A DNA stretch of 63,865 nucleotides, the filler included, from Limisphaerales bacterium (GTDB lineage Bacteria; Verrucomicrobiota; Verrucomicrobiia; Limisphaerales; SIBE01), in the NCBI GenBank assembly GCA_044225505.1. It is 3 parts of 3 records of this genome, joined end to end, with 100 filler letters (N's around TTAATTAATTAA, not from the genome) between each part and the next. Parts side by side here need not be neighbours in the genome. Positions count along the whole stretch, not along the records: positions 1 to 26,581 come from JBGAIN010000120.1; 2 more parts are not named here. The stretch is one strand, 5' to 3'. Both the position numbers and the translations under genes were made by a program. Below, piece by piece: positions 1 to 9,319 of the stretch. Positions within the stretch are counted from its first letter, which is position 1. Every line of letters begins with the position of its first letter. Under the pieces are notes generated by a model that saw only the letters and a program-made list of their open reading frames with translations, did not search any database and was not told the origin of the DNA.

Positions 1-2
1 GC

Positions 3-3000
3 TTGCGGGTCGAGTCTTTCCAAGACCAAGATCATCCTGCGGCATTTATCGGTTTGATGACCGACCAACATGTCGGCGACTTTGGGGACGGACTCGTCTG
101 CGTGCTGTCCGTGGCGGGCGGTGCCTTGGTCGCCTATGCGGGGATCGAAAGCTTCGACCAGAGCTTTTCGGGCGGCGGCATCCCGCTGCAGGTGAAAACG
201 GATTACCTTGTCGTGGGACGATACCGAGCGTCGGGTCGCCAGTTCGCCGTCGAGATCTACGGCGGCAATGGATTCACCAACCTGGTCGGCTTCTCTACGA
301 CAACATTGCCGGCTGGACAAACTCTAAACTTAAACCGCCTCGGGCTGCAGAACGCGGGCGCGCGGGATCTGGATTCGACCGGGGGCTCCTTCACATTGAC
401 CGTCGATGACCTTTTCGCGCCGGCCAACAATCCGCGCACGGTCTCAATTTCCGACAGCACCGTGACGGAGGGAGATAGTGGAAGCACCAATCTCGTCTTC
501 AAGGTCGACGTCGCACCGGCGAGCAGCTTGCCGATCTCGGTCAACTTCACCACGGTCCCAAACACGGCCACGGCCGGTGTGGATTACCTCACGCAATCCG
601 GAACGCTTATGTTTCCGCCGGGGGCAACCTCGGCCACAATCACCGTTCCGGTCATCGGCGATTTGCTGTATGAGGGAACGGAGACATTCGAAATCCAACT
701 CGGCGGAGCGCTGGACGCCACCATAGTTCGCGGGGACGCCACTGGGCAAATCCTGGATAATGATCCAAGGCCTTTTCTCGCTGTTTCAGACCCAGTTGTA
801 CTCGAGGGCGACGTGGGATCAACGAACCTCGATTTTGAAATGACACTCTCCAGCCCCAGTGGACAACCCGTCCAAGTCGCTTACGAGACCACACCAGGAA
901 CCGCGACGGAGGTCCAGGATTACATCGGCGTCTTGGGAACGTTGACCTTTCAGCCGGGAGAAACGAGCAAACACATCCTGGTTCCCGTCCAGTCCGACAC
1001 GAGACAAGAACCGGATGAAACGGTGTTTCTCACGTTGAGCCCTTCGCCCAGTGCGGAGATTAGTAAACCCCGCGGAGTCGGAACGATCTATGATGACGAC
1101 TTGGAACGTCGGTTGTCGATTAACGACATCTCAGTTCAGGAAGGGAACACCGGCGAGACCGCGGCGGTCTTCACAGTTAGTGTTACGCGAGCAAGCACTG
1201 TCCCGATCTCCGTAGCTTACGCCTTGAGCAGCGGCACTGCCGTGGTAGGCGTCGATGTCCGCGCGGGCTCGGGAGTGGTTACTATCCCCGCGGGCCAGTT
1301 GAGCACTCCTGTCTCGGTCTCAGTCATTGGTGATTTCTCTCCGGAACTCGACGAGACGTTCTTCATCAACCTGAGTAACCCGGTCAACGCCACGATAGCA
1401 AAGGCAATCGGGACGGGAACGGTCCGGAACGATGACGCCTTTCCGGACTTGTCGGTCGAGGATTTCGCAGTTGTGGAAGGAGACGCAGGCACCCAGGTTG
1501 CCCTGATACCAGTTCAGCTCTCCTTCCCCGTGGAAGGTGTCGTTACGCTGCGATACTCAAGTTCCGATGGGACGGCGAGCGGCGGTGCAGATTATCTCCC
1601 TCAAAGCGGCACGCTCATCTTTGCGGCCGGGACGACGCAACAGACAATCTCTATCCCGGTCATCGGCGATACCGTCCACGAGGCCGACGAGACTTTTGCG
1701 ATCAGCTTAACCAGCCCGACTCTTGCGAAAATTAACCGGGGCCGGGCGACCGTAACGATCCTGGACAACGACAAACCGCCGCTCGTTACAGTCGATGACG
1801 TGGATGTGCGTGAGGGGAATGCCGGAGTGACGAACGCCGTCTTCACCCTTCGGCTCTCCGCTCCCAGTGGTCAATCCGCACGCGTTTCCTACGGGACGGC
1901 CGATGGCACCGCTCGGGCTGGCGCCGATTATGTGGCCCAGTTTGGAACCGTCACGTTCGAGCCGGGCACGATCGTGCAAACCGTCAAAGTCCCTGTGGTC
2001 GGCGAATCCATCTACGAGCCTGACGAACTTTTTGTCCTCAACCTCTCCAATCCGGAGAACCTCACCATCGGCACCGCGCAGGCGCAAGGGACGATCTTGA
2101 ATGACGACGAACCGCCGTCGCTCACGATCAACGATGTCGAACTAACGGAAACGGCTGGAGGTGCGGTCGCGACGTTCACGGTGACACTTTCGAAGGCGTC
2201 TCCCGAAGCTTCCGTCTCGGTGAATTACGCAACGGCGGATGGGTCCGCCATCGCCGGTTTAGACTACCAGGCGGTGAGTGGCACGCTCGTTTTTGCGCCC
2301 AGCGCTATCGAAACCAAACTCAAGGTGCCTGTCTTGGACGATTCGCTCAGCGAAAACGACGAAACCTTCTTCGTCAACCTGAGCGGACCGCGCAATGCGG
2401 TTCTCGCGAGCAACCAGGGCGGCGCCACGGTGCATGACAACGACTTGTTCCCGGTGCTGTCGGTCCGCGACGGTCGCGTGGTCGAAGGCGATTCCGGGAC
2501 GGCCACTTTGGTCTTCCCCGTGGAACTCGACCGACCGAGCGGCGCCACCGTCTCGGCCCGATTCACAGTTCGGGACGGCACGGCCACGGTCGCGTCGCGC
2601 GACTATACAACGACCGCGGGAGAAATCCTTTTCAATCCGAACAGCACCAACGCAAGCTTGACGGTCGTCGTTAATGGAGATCTTGAGGTCGAACCGGACG
2701 AAACCATTACCGTGGAACTTGCCGGTTTAGCGAATGCAACTCCTGGACGGCTTTCCGCGGTCGGAACGATCCTCGATGATGATACGCGCCGGTTGGCTGT
2801 CTCCGACACTGCCGTCAAAGAAGGAGTCGCCGGGACGAGCACGAACCTGGTGTTCACCATTGGCCTTAATAAACCTGCTCAGGAACGAATCTCGGTCCAT
2901 TACGCAACCACGGACGGAACCGCGACGGCCAACGACGACTATCTCCCTGCCGAGGGAGATCTAACGTTCGAGCCTGGGGTAACGACCCAGCTCGTGTCCG

Positions 3001-5126
3001 TCACGGTCGTGGGCGATGACGTGTTCGAACCCAATGAAACGGTGCTGCTGAACCTCACGAATCCGCAGCAAGCCGCCCTCGCCGATCCGCAAGGCATCGG
3101 CACGATTCAGACCGATGAGGATGCTCTCGTGATCGTGGGGGCGGGGATGACCGTCGACAGCGAGGATTGCACGCCAGGCAACGGTGCAATCGATCCAGGG
3201 GAAACGGTCACGGTGCGTTTCGCTCTGGCGAATATCGGCACATTGTCTTCCGCTCAGGTATCCGGCGGGTTGCTCGCAGGCCCCGGCATCACACCAATTA
3301 ACGCGCCGCAAAACTTTGGGATCCTGGCACCGCAAGGCGTTCCAGTGGAGCGGACGTTTACTTTCAAAGCCGACGGGGAATGCGGCCAGTCTCTCGTAGC
3401 CGTCTTGCAGATCAAAAACGGCGGAACCAACTATGGCACAGTTACCTACCCGTTCGTTTTGGGAACGAACATCGCCGGCCAGGCGGTATGCTGTCAGAGC
3501 GCTGATGTGGCTATCCGAGTCGTCGATAAGCCAGACGTGGTCGTGGTCGGTCGTGAAATCACCTACCACCTCGAAGTGACGAATTCCGGCCCCAAGGCGG
3601 CCACGTTTGTGACGCTCACCAACACCTGGCGTAGCAACATTCGGTTCATCCGGGCCTCGGCGTCGCAGGGATTGTGCACCAACCAAGATCAAGCGGTGCT
3701 ATGCGAACTTGGAGCGATCGTTCCAGGAGGAGTGGTCACGGTTGAAATCGTGATTGCGCCTTTGGACGCCTCCGACTTGATCGGCGTCTTCTATGTTAAG
3801 AGCCCGGAACACGATCCCAACCCTCGCAATAATACGGCTACCCCTGTGATCCGGGTCAGCTCGCCGCTCGGGCTTTCCATCAGCAACCCGCGCGTGACGG
3901 AAGGCGACACAGGATCGACCAACCTGCTCTTTACCGTTTGGCTGAACCCCCCAGGTGGACGAGACGTTACGGTCGATTATGCGACGGCAGACGGCTCGGC
4001 GCGTGCGGGCGAGGATTATACGCCAGTCAGCGGAACGGTGACTGTTCTTGCGAAGACAGCGTCGGCAACGATCGCTGTTCCTATCATCGGCGATACTATC
4101 ATAGAATCGGACGAGTCTCTCACCGTGGCGCTCACTAATCCTGTCGGGGCGGCGCTCGCCGCCGAACAGACCGTCGGCACAGGGACGATCGTGGACAACG
4201 ACCTGCCCTTGCTGAGCGTTGCGGATGTCAGCGTCATCGAACCAGCGTCCGAGACCACTGGGCGAGCCGTCTTTACCTTGAGTCTTTCAGCTGCTCAGGC
4301 TCGGCCAGTGACGGTAACCTACGCCACAGCGGACGGCTCAGCCCGCTCGCCTGAGGACTATGCCACTGCTTCCGGCACCGTAACGTTCGATCCGGGAGCA
4401 ACGGCGGCTGGTATCTCTGTGAGTTTGTTTCCGGATACCCTCGAGGAAGGAGACGAGAATTTCTTTCTAAATCTGACACAGCCAGTGGGAGTAAAACTCC
4501 AAAAGGCACGCGCTCAGGCAACAATTGTCGATAATAACCCGGCGTCGCTGCCGGAGATTCGTCTGAATGGAATCGCTGTGGCAGAAGGGAAAGCACGCAC
4601 CAGCACGAACGCGGCTTTCAAAGTGACGCTCTCGCGTCCCAGTCCGCAAGTCGTCGAGGTGGACTACACCACTGTCAATGGCACGGCGTTGGGCGGCAGC
4701 GACTTTGTCATCGGTAGTGGCCGGATTGTCTTTGAATCTGGCGAGACCAATGGCGTCATTAATGTCTCGGTCAATGGCGACGAGGTGCCCGAACCGACGG
4801 AGAACTTCTTTGTGCGTTTGACCAATCCGGTGAATGCGACGCTCGCGACCGCACAAGCCGAAGGAGTGATTCTGAACGACGATTACCTGCCGCAGCTCTC
4901 GGCAGCTGGTACCCGGCTACTGCTGGAGAACTGTCAACCGGCCAATCTGGCGGTTGATCCCCTGGAGACGGTCACGGTACCTGCCTTTCCGGTTCCGCAT
5001 GTTTGGGGTTTGCGGCCAGCATTACACCGCCGAACTGGAGTTGCGCGAGGGCGGAGTCGTAGTGGGTGTGCTGCCCTACGAATTTACTTTGGGAGTCGCG
5101 GCCAATGGTCAATACGTTTGCTGTAG
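3..5126 (+). CDS. Giant secreted Calx-beta repeat protein, 5' part (start lies upstream of window; continues in another frame at ~4981)
   Basis: 11 Calx-beta repeats (xSIxDxxVxEG...T.DGTA.AG.DY....GTL.F.PG...V.GD...E.DETF...L), one 4-Cys Ig-like module (EDC..GNG.IDPGETVTV...CG...CC) and a DUF11-like domain (ADVAI..VDKPD...ITY.LEVTNSGP). Homology stops at DPLETVTV (~4979); the remainder of this frame is not protein-like. Confidence 0.85.
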   Translation: MRVESFQDQDHPAAFIGLMTDQHVGDFGDGLVCVLSVAGGALVAYAGIESFDQSFSGGGIPLQVKTDYLVVGRYRASGRQFAVEIYGGNGFTNLVGFSTTTLPAGQTLNLNRLGLQNAGARDLDSTGGSFTLTVDDLFAPANNPRTVSISDSTVTEGDSGSTNLVFKVDVAPASSLPISVNFTTVPNTATAGVDYLTQSGTLMFPPGATSATITVPVIGDLLYEGTETFEIQLGGALDATIVRGDATGQILDNDPRPFLAVSDPVVLEGDVGSTNLDFEMTLSSPSGQPVQVAYETTPGTATEVQDYIGVLGTLTFQPGETSKHILVPVQSDTRQEPDETVFLTLSPSPSAEISKPRGVGTIYDDDLERRLSINDISVQEGNTGETAAVFTVSVTRASTVPISVAYALSSGTAVVGVDVRAGSGVVTIPAGQLSTPVSVSVIGDFSPELDETFFINLSNPVNATIAKAIGTGTVRNDDAFPDLSVEDFAVVEGDAGTQVALIPVQLSFPVEGVVTLRYSSSDGTASGGADYLPQSGTLIFAAGTTQQTISIPVIGDTVHEADETFAISLTSPTLAKINRGRATVTILDNDKPPLVTVDDVDVREGNAGVTNAVFTLRLSAPSGQSARVSYGTADGTARAGADYVAQFGTVTFEPGTIVQTVKVPVVGESIYEPDELFVLNLSNPENLTIGTAQAQGTILNDDEPPSLTINDVELTETAGGAVATFTVTLSKASPEASVSVNYATADGSAIAGLDYQAVSGTLVFAPSAIETKLKVPVLDDSLSENDETFFVNLSGPRNAVLASNQGGATVHDNDLFPVLSVRDGRVVEGDSGTATLVFPVELDRPSGATVSARFTVRDGTATVASRDYTTTAGEILFNPNSTNASLTVVVNGDLEVEPDETITVELAGLANATPGRLSAVGTILDDDTRRLAVSDTAVKEGVAGTSTNLVFTIGLNKPAQERISVHYATTDGTATANDDYLPAEGDLTFEPGVTTQLVSVTVVGDDVFEPNETVLLNLTNPQQAALADPQGIGTIQTDEDALVIVGAGMTVDSEDCTPGNGAIDPGETVTVRFALANIGTLSSAQVSGGLLAGPGITPINAPQNFGILAPQGVPVERTFTFKADGECGQSLVAVLQIKNGGTNYGTVTYPFVLGTNIAGQAVCCQSADVAIRVVDKPDVVVVGREITYHLEVTNSGPKAATFVTLTNTWRSNIRFIRASASQGLCTNQDQAVLCELGAIVPGGVVTVEIVIAPLDASDLIGVFYVKSPEHDPNPRNNTATPVIRVSSPLGLSISNPRVTEGDTGSTNLLFTVWLNPPGGRDVTVDYATADGSARAGEDYTPVSGTVTVLAKTASATIAVPIIGDTIIESDESLTVALTNPVGAALAAEQTVGTGTIVDNDLPLLSVADVSVIEPASETTGRAVFTLSLSAAQARPVTVTYATADGSARSPEDYATASGTVTFDPGATAAGISVSLFPDTLEEGDENFFLNLTQPVGVKLQKARAQATIVDNNPASLPEIRLNGIAVAEGKARTSTNAAFKVTLSRPSPQVVEVDYTTVNGTALGGSDFVIGSGRIVFESGETNGVINVSVNGDEVPEPTENFFVRLTNPVNATLATAQAEGVILNDDYLPQLSAAGTRLLLENCQPANLAVDPLETVTVPAFPVPHVWGLRPALHRRTGVARGRSRSGCAALRIYFGSRGQWSIRLL

Positions 5127-8100
5127 CAGCGCTGATCTGGCTGTCACCGTTTTCGCAAGCCCTGATCCGGCCACTATTTCAAGTCCCCTGACCTACACCA
5201 TCGCGGTGACGAACCAAGGACCCTCAGTCGCCAGGGGTGTGACGTTGACCAACCGATTGAATGTCCCTGCACCCTGGCTCTCGACCAGTTCAGGCAATCT
5301 GGATTGCATTGTGACATCGAACGAAATGGTCTGCGCGCTACCAGATATTCCGCCCGGTCAAAGCTTGTCGCTAACAAATGCGATCATCCCCAATGCTCTC
5401 GGCACGCTCGTTGATATCGTCCAGGTGGGTGCGCGGGAAAGCGATCCGACACCTTCGAACAACCGCGCCATTGCTGCTGTGGCGGTGCTGCCGCCGGTCG
5501 GACTTTCCATCGAAGACGCGCAAAGCGTCGAAGGGAATCAAGATCATCCGATGTCATTTCCGATTCGCCTCTACCCGTCGCGGACGTCGAGCGTCACGGT
5601 CGATGTCGACTTCATCGACGGCACGGCCAAGGCCGGATTGGATTATGTCAGCGCGAGCACTCGCGTGACTTTTCTTCCTGATGTGTCCACAACGAATGTC
5701 ACGGTGTTGATCAAAGGGGATCGTGGGGATGAACCGGACGAAACGTTCTTTGCGGTCTTGCGCAATCCGAACGGCGCGCCGATCGCGATCGGGCAGGCTC
5801 GAGGAACCATCCTCGACGATGATCTGCCGGTCGTCAGCATTGACGATACCGCCGTCAACGTCGGCACCAACGCAACCGCGATTGCCCGGCTGACGGTCAG
5901 CTTGTCTTCCGTTTCCGATCAAGATGTCCTTGTCGACTATCAAACGAGTAATGGAACCGCCGTCGCTGGCACAGACTATGAAGCGCAGAATGGCATTGTT
6001 CGAATTCCCGCGGGAAGCTTAGCGGCGGTTATTCCCCTGCCGATCGCTGGCAATACGGCGGATGAACGCGAGGAACACTTCTTTGTCACCTTGAGCAATC
6101 CATCCAACGCGACCTTGGGAGCGAGCGAGGCCGTCGTGACGATTACCGACGAAGCCCCAGTCGATTTGACCATCTCCAATGCCACGGTCTCAGAAGGGAA
6201 CGTCGGGAATTCTCTCGCTACGTTCACCGTGACTCTCCGAGCAAAGCTTCAGCACATGGTTACGGTTGAATATTTCACGAGCGACGGCTCCGCGACTGCC
6301 GGCAGTGATTACCTGGCCTCGGCTGGGGCACTCCAATTTTTGCCGAATGAGACGGAACACACCGTCGCGATTTCGGTGTTGGGCGACACCATCGCCGAGG
6401 GTAATGAAACTTTCTTCCTGACATTGACCAATGCAGTCAACGGCGTGCTTCGCAACGCTCGTGGGTTGGGTACAATCGTGGACGACGATCCGGTTCCTTG
6501 CCTTTCGCTCGGAGACGTTACCGTCGTGGAGGGTGACTCGGGAACGCGCCAAGCCCTCGTCTCCCTGCGACTAAGCGCGCCCAGTAGTCATCCGGTGACC
6601 GTCGATGTGCTTGTGCCATCTTGCCGCTCCCTGCCCAATCCCTACTTCGAAAAGGTGACCGTGCCGCCCGGCGAAATGGAGAAAACAGTGTCGTTGACCA
6701 TTCTTGGTGATGCTGTCCACGAGGCGAATGACATCTGTGGGATCCTGCTAACCAACGCACTCCAGGCGACCATCTGTCGCGGACAAGGCTTGCTCACCGT
6801 CGTGGATGATGACCCGCTACCGGGGTTAGAAGTCAGTGATGCTAGTGTCACGGAAGGTAACAGTGGCACCTCCCAGTTGACGTTCACGGTCAATTTGGTG
6901 GGGAAGACGAGCGACTCTGTAACGGTCCGCTTTGCGACCCAGGATGGGACAGCGACCGGTGGCACGGATTTCGTCGCCGTATCGGGGACCCTGACCTTTG
7001 CGCCCGGAGTCAGTTCGACCAACCTCAGCGTGGTGATCAACGGCGATGTCGAGGTAGAGCCGGATGAGACCTTCGCATTGGTCTTGTCAAATCCGGCTAA
7101 TGCGACGCTTTTCAAGGCGCAGGGAACAGCAATGATTCGAAACGACGACCTTGCGCCGCAAACGGACTGTCCGTCCGTAGTCGTGTTGGGAACGCCGGGC
7201 AATCTGACTTGCTTCGAGCCGTTTTCTCCCATTGTGCTTACGGCGACGCCGAACGAAGGCATCGACAAAGTCGTTCGCATGGAGTTCTATTCCGGCTCGT
7301 CGCTGCTTGGCGTGGATACCAGCAGCCCGTTCGAGATTACCTGGGAAGGTGCTCCCGTGGGCGACTACTGCATCAGTGCGAAAGCGGTCTGTCTCTCAGG
7401 CGCCACGGTCAATTCAGAAGCGACATGCATTGGCGTTACCGATAGCGGTGCGGCTATCGCCATCGTTCGCAATTTTGATGATCCTGAGATCGGGCGCTTG
7501 CGAGATTTTCTGTTGGAGATGGGATACTGCGCCCGAGTATTTGACCAACAAGGTCTGACGGCGGAAGCGCTCGCGACGTTTCGCCTGGTGATTTGGGATG
7601 ATCTTGGCGAGGACGGTCTGCTGGACTCAACGGTAACGGTGCTGGGCGAGGTATTTAACGGCGGCACTCCAATCTATCTGATCGGAGATCGGTTGTTGGG
7701 TGCTTTGACGAAACTGAATTCCGCCAACCGTGTTACTTGGGCGAACCTGCTTCATCTAACGTCGCTGGGGCGTTCGGCCAGTCCCGGAGTAATTGCCTTT
7801 TCCGAATTGACTCAGGATCGACAGCCGAGCTCGATCTTGAGCGGGCGATTCGCTGAGATCTCCAACTTCGAATACAGCAATGCGATCGATTTGGGCAAAT
7901 CCACAGCGGATGCCACGCCTTTGGCCTTCGGCGCGGGTGGGGACCTGATGGTCCAGTTCCCGACCGCGGACGTTTCGGACTTTGGCGAGGCACGTTCTGT
8001 AAGCCAAAGTTTCCGGGTTCGAACGGCTGGAGGGGAGGAGTCTTTGTCAGGTCGAAAGGCGCTTTTTCAAAACAGCGTTTGTTGGCTGTTGCGTTGTTCG

Positions 8101-8709
8101 TACTGTCCTCTGGTCTATCTTTCTTTAGCGAATGTGGGAGTGCCAGCCAGTGTGAACGTCGGAGAAGAGTTCACTTACGATTTGGTCCTAGGAAACAACG
8201 GGGAATGCATCGCGTCGGCGACGATCGTGACCAATCGGCTTCCAGCCGGTCTCGGGTTGGTCGGCACGGCGTTCAATCAAGGGATCAGCACCGAGTATAA
8301 TCCACGTGACCGGACCCTGATCTGGCGCGTTGGCAGCGTAGTTAGTGGGACTGAAAACAACGCCATTCTTTCGGTGGCGGTCAAAGCGTTGCAACCTGGC
8401 CTGTTCAAGAACACAGCCTGCGGAGTCGCGAATTACGAGCGGTTCAGCGAATCAAATTGCACCGAGTTTGACCTTCAGATCGAAGGGACAGCTCCGGTGG
8501 ATCCTCCCGCCCTGGTTGTATTACAGACGGGGCTGGGCCAATACCAGTTGCAGGTTACCGGCCAAGCTGGACAGAGCTATTCATTGGAATCGTCCACGGA
8601 CCTTTCGCATTGGCTGCAATGGACCAATGCCCCCGGCCCTCTCTTTTACCTCACTCTGCCCGAAGCCGGGAAGTCGACCGGGCCAGCGCGGTTTTTTCGA
8701 GCTCGATAA
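4954..8709 (+). CDS. Giant Calx-beta repeat protein, 3' part (same gene as 3..5126, coding from ~4981)
   Basis: Begins mid-domain (LPFRFRMFGVCG...VCC). Then DUF11-like, 5 more Calx-beta repeats, a bacterial Ig-like domain, a GATase/ThuA-like alpha/beta domain (IAIVRN...FRLVIWDDLG), DUF11-like, and a C-terminal ...YSLESSTDLSHW...RFFRAR domain. Confidence 0.85.
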   Translation: MIPWRRSRYLPFRFRMFGVCGQHYTAELELREGGVVVGVLPYEFTLGVAANGQYVCCSSADLAVTVFASPDPATISSPLTYTIAVTNQGPSVARGVTLTNRLNVPAPWLSTSSGNLDCIVTSNEMVCALPDIPPGQSLSLTNAIIPNALGTLVDIVQVGARESDPTPSNNRAIAAVAVLPPVGLSIEDAQSVEGNQDHPMSFPIRLYPSRTSSVTVDVDFIDGTAKAGLDYVSASTRVTFLPDVSTTNVTVLIKGDRGDEPDETFFAVLRNPNGAPIAIGQARGTILDDDLPVVSIDDTAVNVGTNATAIARLTVSLSSVSDQDVLVDYQTSNGTAVAGTDYEAQNGIVRIPAGSLAAVIPLPIAGNTADEREEHFFVTLSNPSNATLGASEAVVTITDEAPVDLTISNATVSEGNVGNSLATFTVTLRAKLQHMVTVEYFTSDGSATAGSDYLASAGALQFLPNETEHTVAISVLGDTIAEGNETFFLTLTNAVNGVLRNARGLGTIVDDDPVPCLSLGDVTVVEGDSGTRQALVSLRLSAPSSHPVTVDVLVPSCRSLPNPYFEKVTVPPGEMEKTVSLTILGDAVHEANDICGILLTNALQATICRGQGLLTVVDDDPLPGLEVSDASVTEGNSGTSQLTFTVNLVGKTSDSVTVRFATQDGTATGGTDFVAVSGTLTFAPGVSSTNLSVVINGDVEVEPDETFALVLSNPANATLFKAQGTAMIRNDDLAPQTDCPSVVVLGTPGNLTCFEPFSPIVLTATPNEGIDKVVRMEFYSGSSLLGVDTSSPFEITWEGAPVGDYCISAKAVCLSGATVNSEATCIGVTDSGAAIAIVRNFDDPEIGRLRDFLLEMGYCARVFDQQGLTAEALATFRLVIWDDLGEDGLLDSTVTVLGEVFNGGTPIYLIGDRLLGALTKLNSANRVTWANLLHLTSLGRSASPGVIAFSELTQDRQPSSILSGRFAEISNFEYSNAIDLGKSTADATPLAFGAGGDLMVQFPTADVSDFGEARSVSQSFRVRTAGGEESLSGRKALFQNSVCWLLRCSYCPLVYLSLANVGVPASVNVGEEFTYDLVLGNNGECIASATIVTNRLPAGLGLVGTAFNQGISTEYNPRDRTLIWRVGSVVSGTENNAILSVAVKALQPGLFKNTACGVANYERFSESNCTEFDLQIEGTAPVDPPALVVLQTGLGQYQLQVTGQAGQSYSLESSTDLSHWLQWTNAPGPLFYLTLPEAGKSTGPARFFRAR

Positions 8710-8747
8710 AGCCACTGTCGAATTGACCGAGCTCAGCTGGACCAGCT

Positions 8748-9158
8748 TTACGGGCGAACCTCGTCACCAATGCGAGCATCGCCCGCGGTAATATCGGCGG
8801 CGATGATGTTATTGCGGGATTGAGCGGAAATCTTCACTTCGCCGACCTTTTGTCCGTCCCGGTAGACGCTGAGAGATTGGTCTGGTTGAGGCACTGGGTT
8901 GAAGGCGAAATCGATGACTACGAAACGGAGGTTTGGATTCACCGACGCAATTTTCCCGCTCGGTTCGTTCAGAGCGGTCGCTTTCCGAGCGGCGGTTCCG
9001 GTCTCGCGTGAGGAGGCTGACTTTGTTCGACTCGATTCCTTCTCCGCGCTCTTCTTCACGACGGTTTCGCTGCCGGCATTGGCCGGGTCCGAGGGCTTGG
9101 CGTGTTTGCAGCCAACGAGCAAACCACTGCCTAACAAGAGAACCAGAATGACGCGCAT
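8748..9158 (-). CDS. Small lipoprotein with C-terminal beta-rich domain
   Basis: Signal peptide with lipobox LLVG-C (MRVILVLLLGSGLLVGC), low-complexity linker, then GKIASVN...FVVIDF...LSVYRDGQKVGEVKI...IGDEVR. Confidence 0.8.
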   Translation of the reverse strand: MRVILVLLLGSGLLVGCKHAKPSDPANAGSETVVKKSAEKESSRTKSASSRETGTAARKATALNEPSGKIASVNPNLRFVVIDFAFNPVPQPDQSLSVYRDGQKVGEVKISAQSRNNIIAADITAGDARIGDEVRP

Positions 9159-9319
9159 GGAACAGGTTCTACTGCAAGGGCTGCGCAGCCGTCAATCGGC
9201 AAACGGCGATGGAGCCAGGTTCATTCGTCTATTCATGCACAACCAGAGCGACTTAGGACTCGGTTGCTCATTGCGCAAGCCGGTGTCATGGTGAAGGCTT
9301 GACGATACGGCCACCTGCT

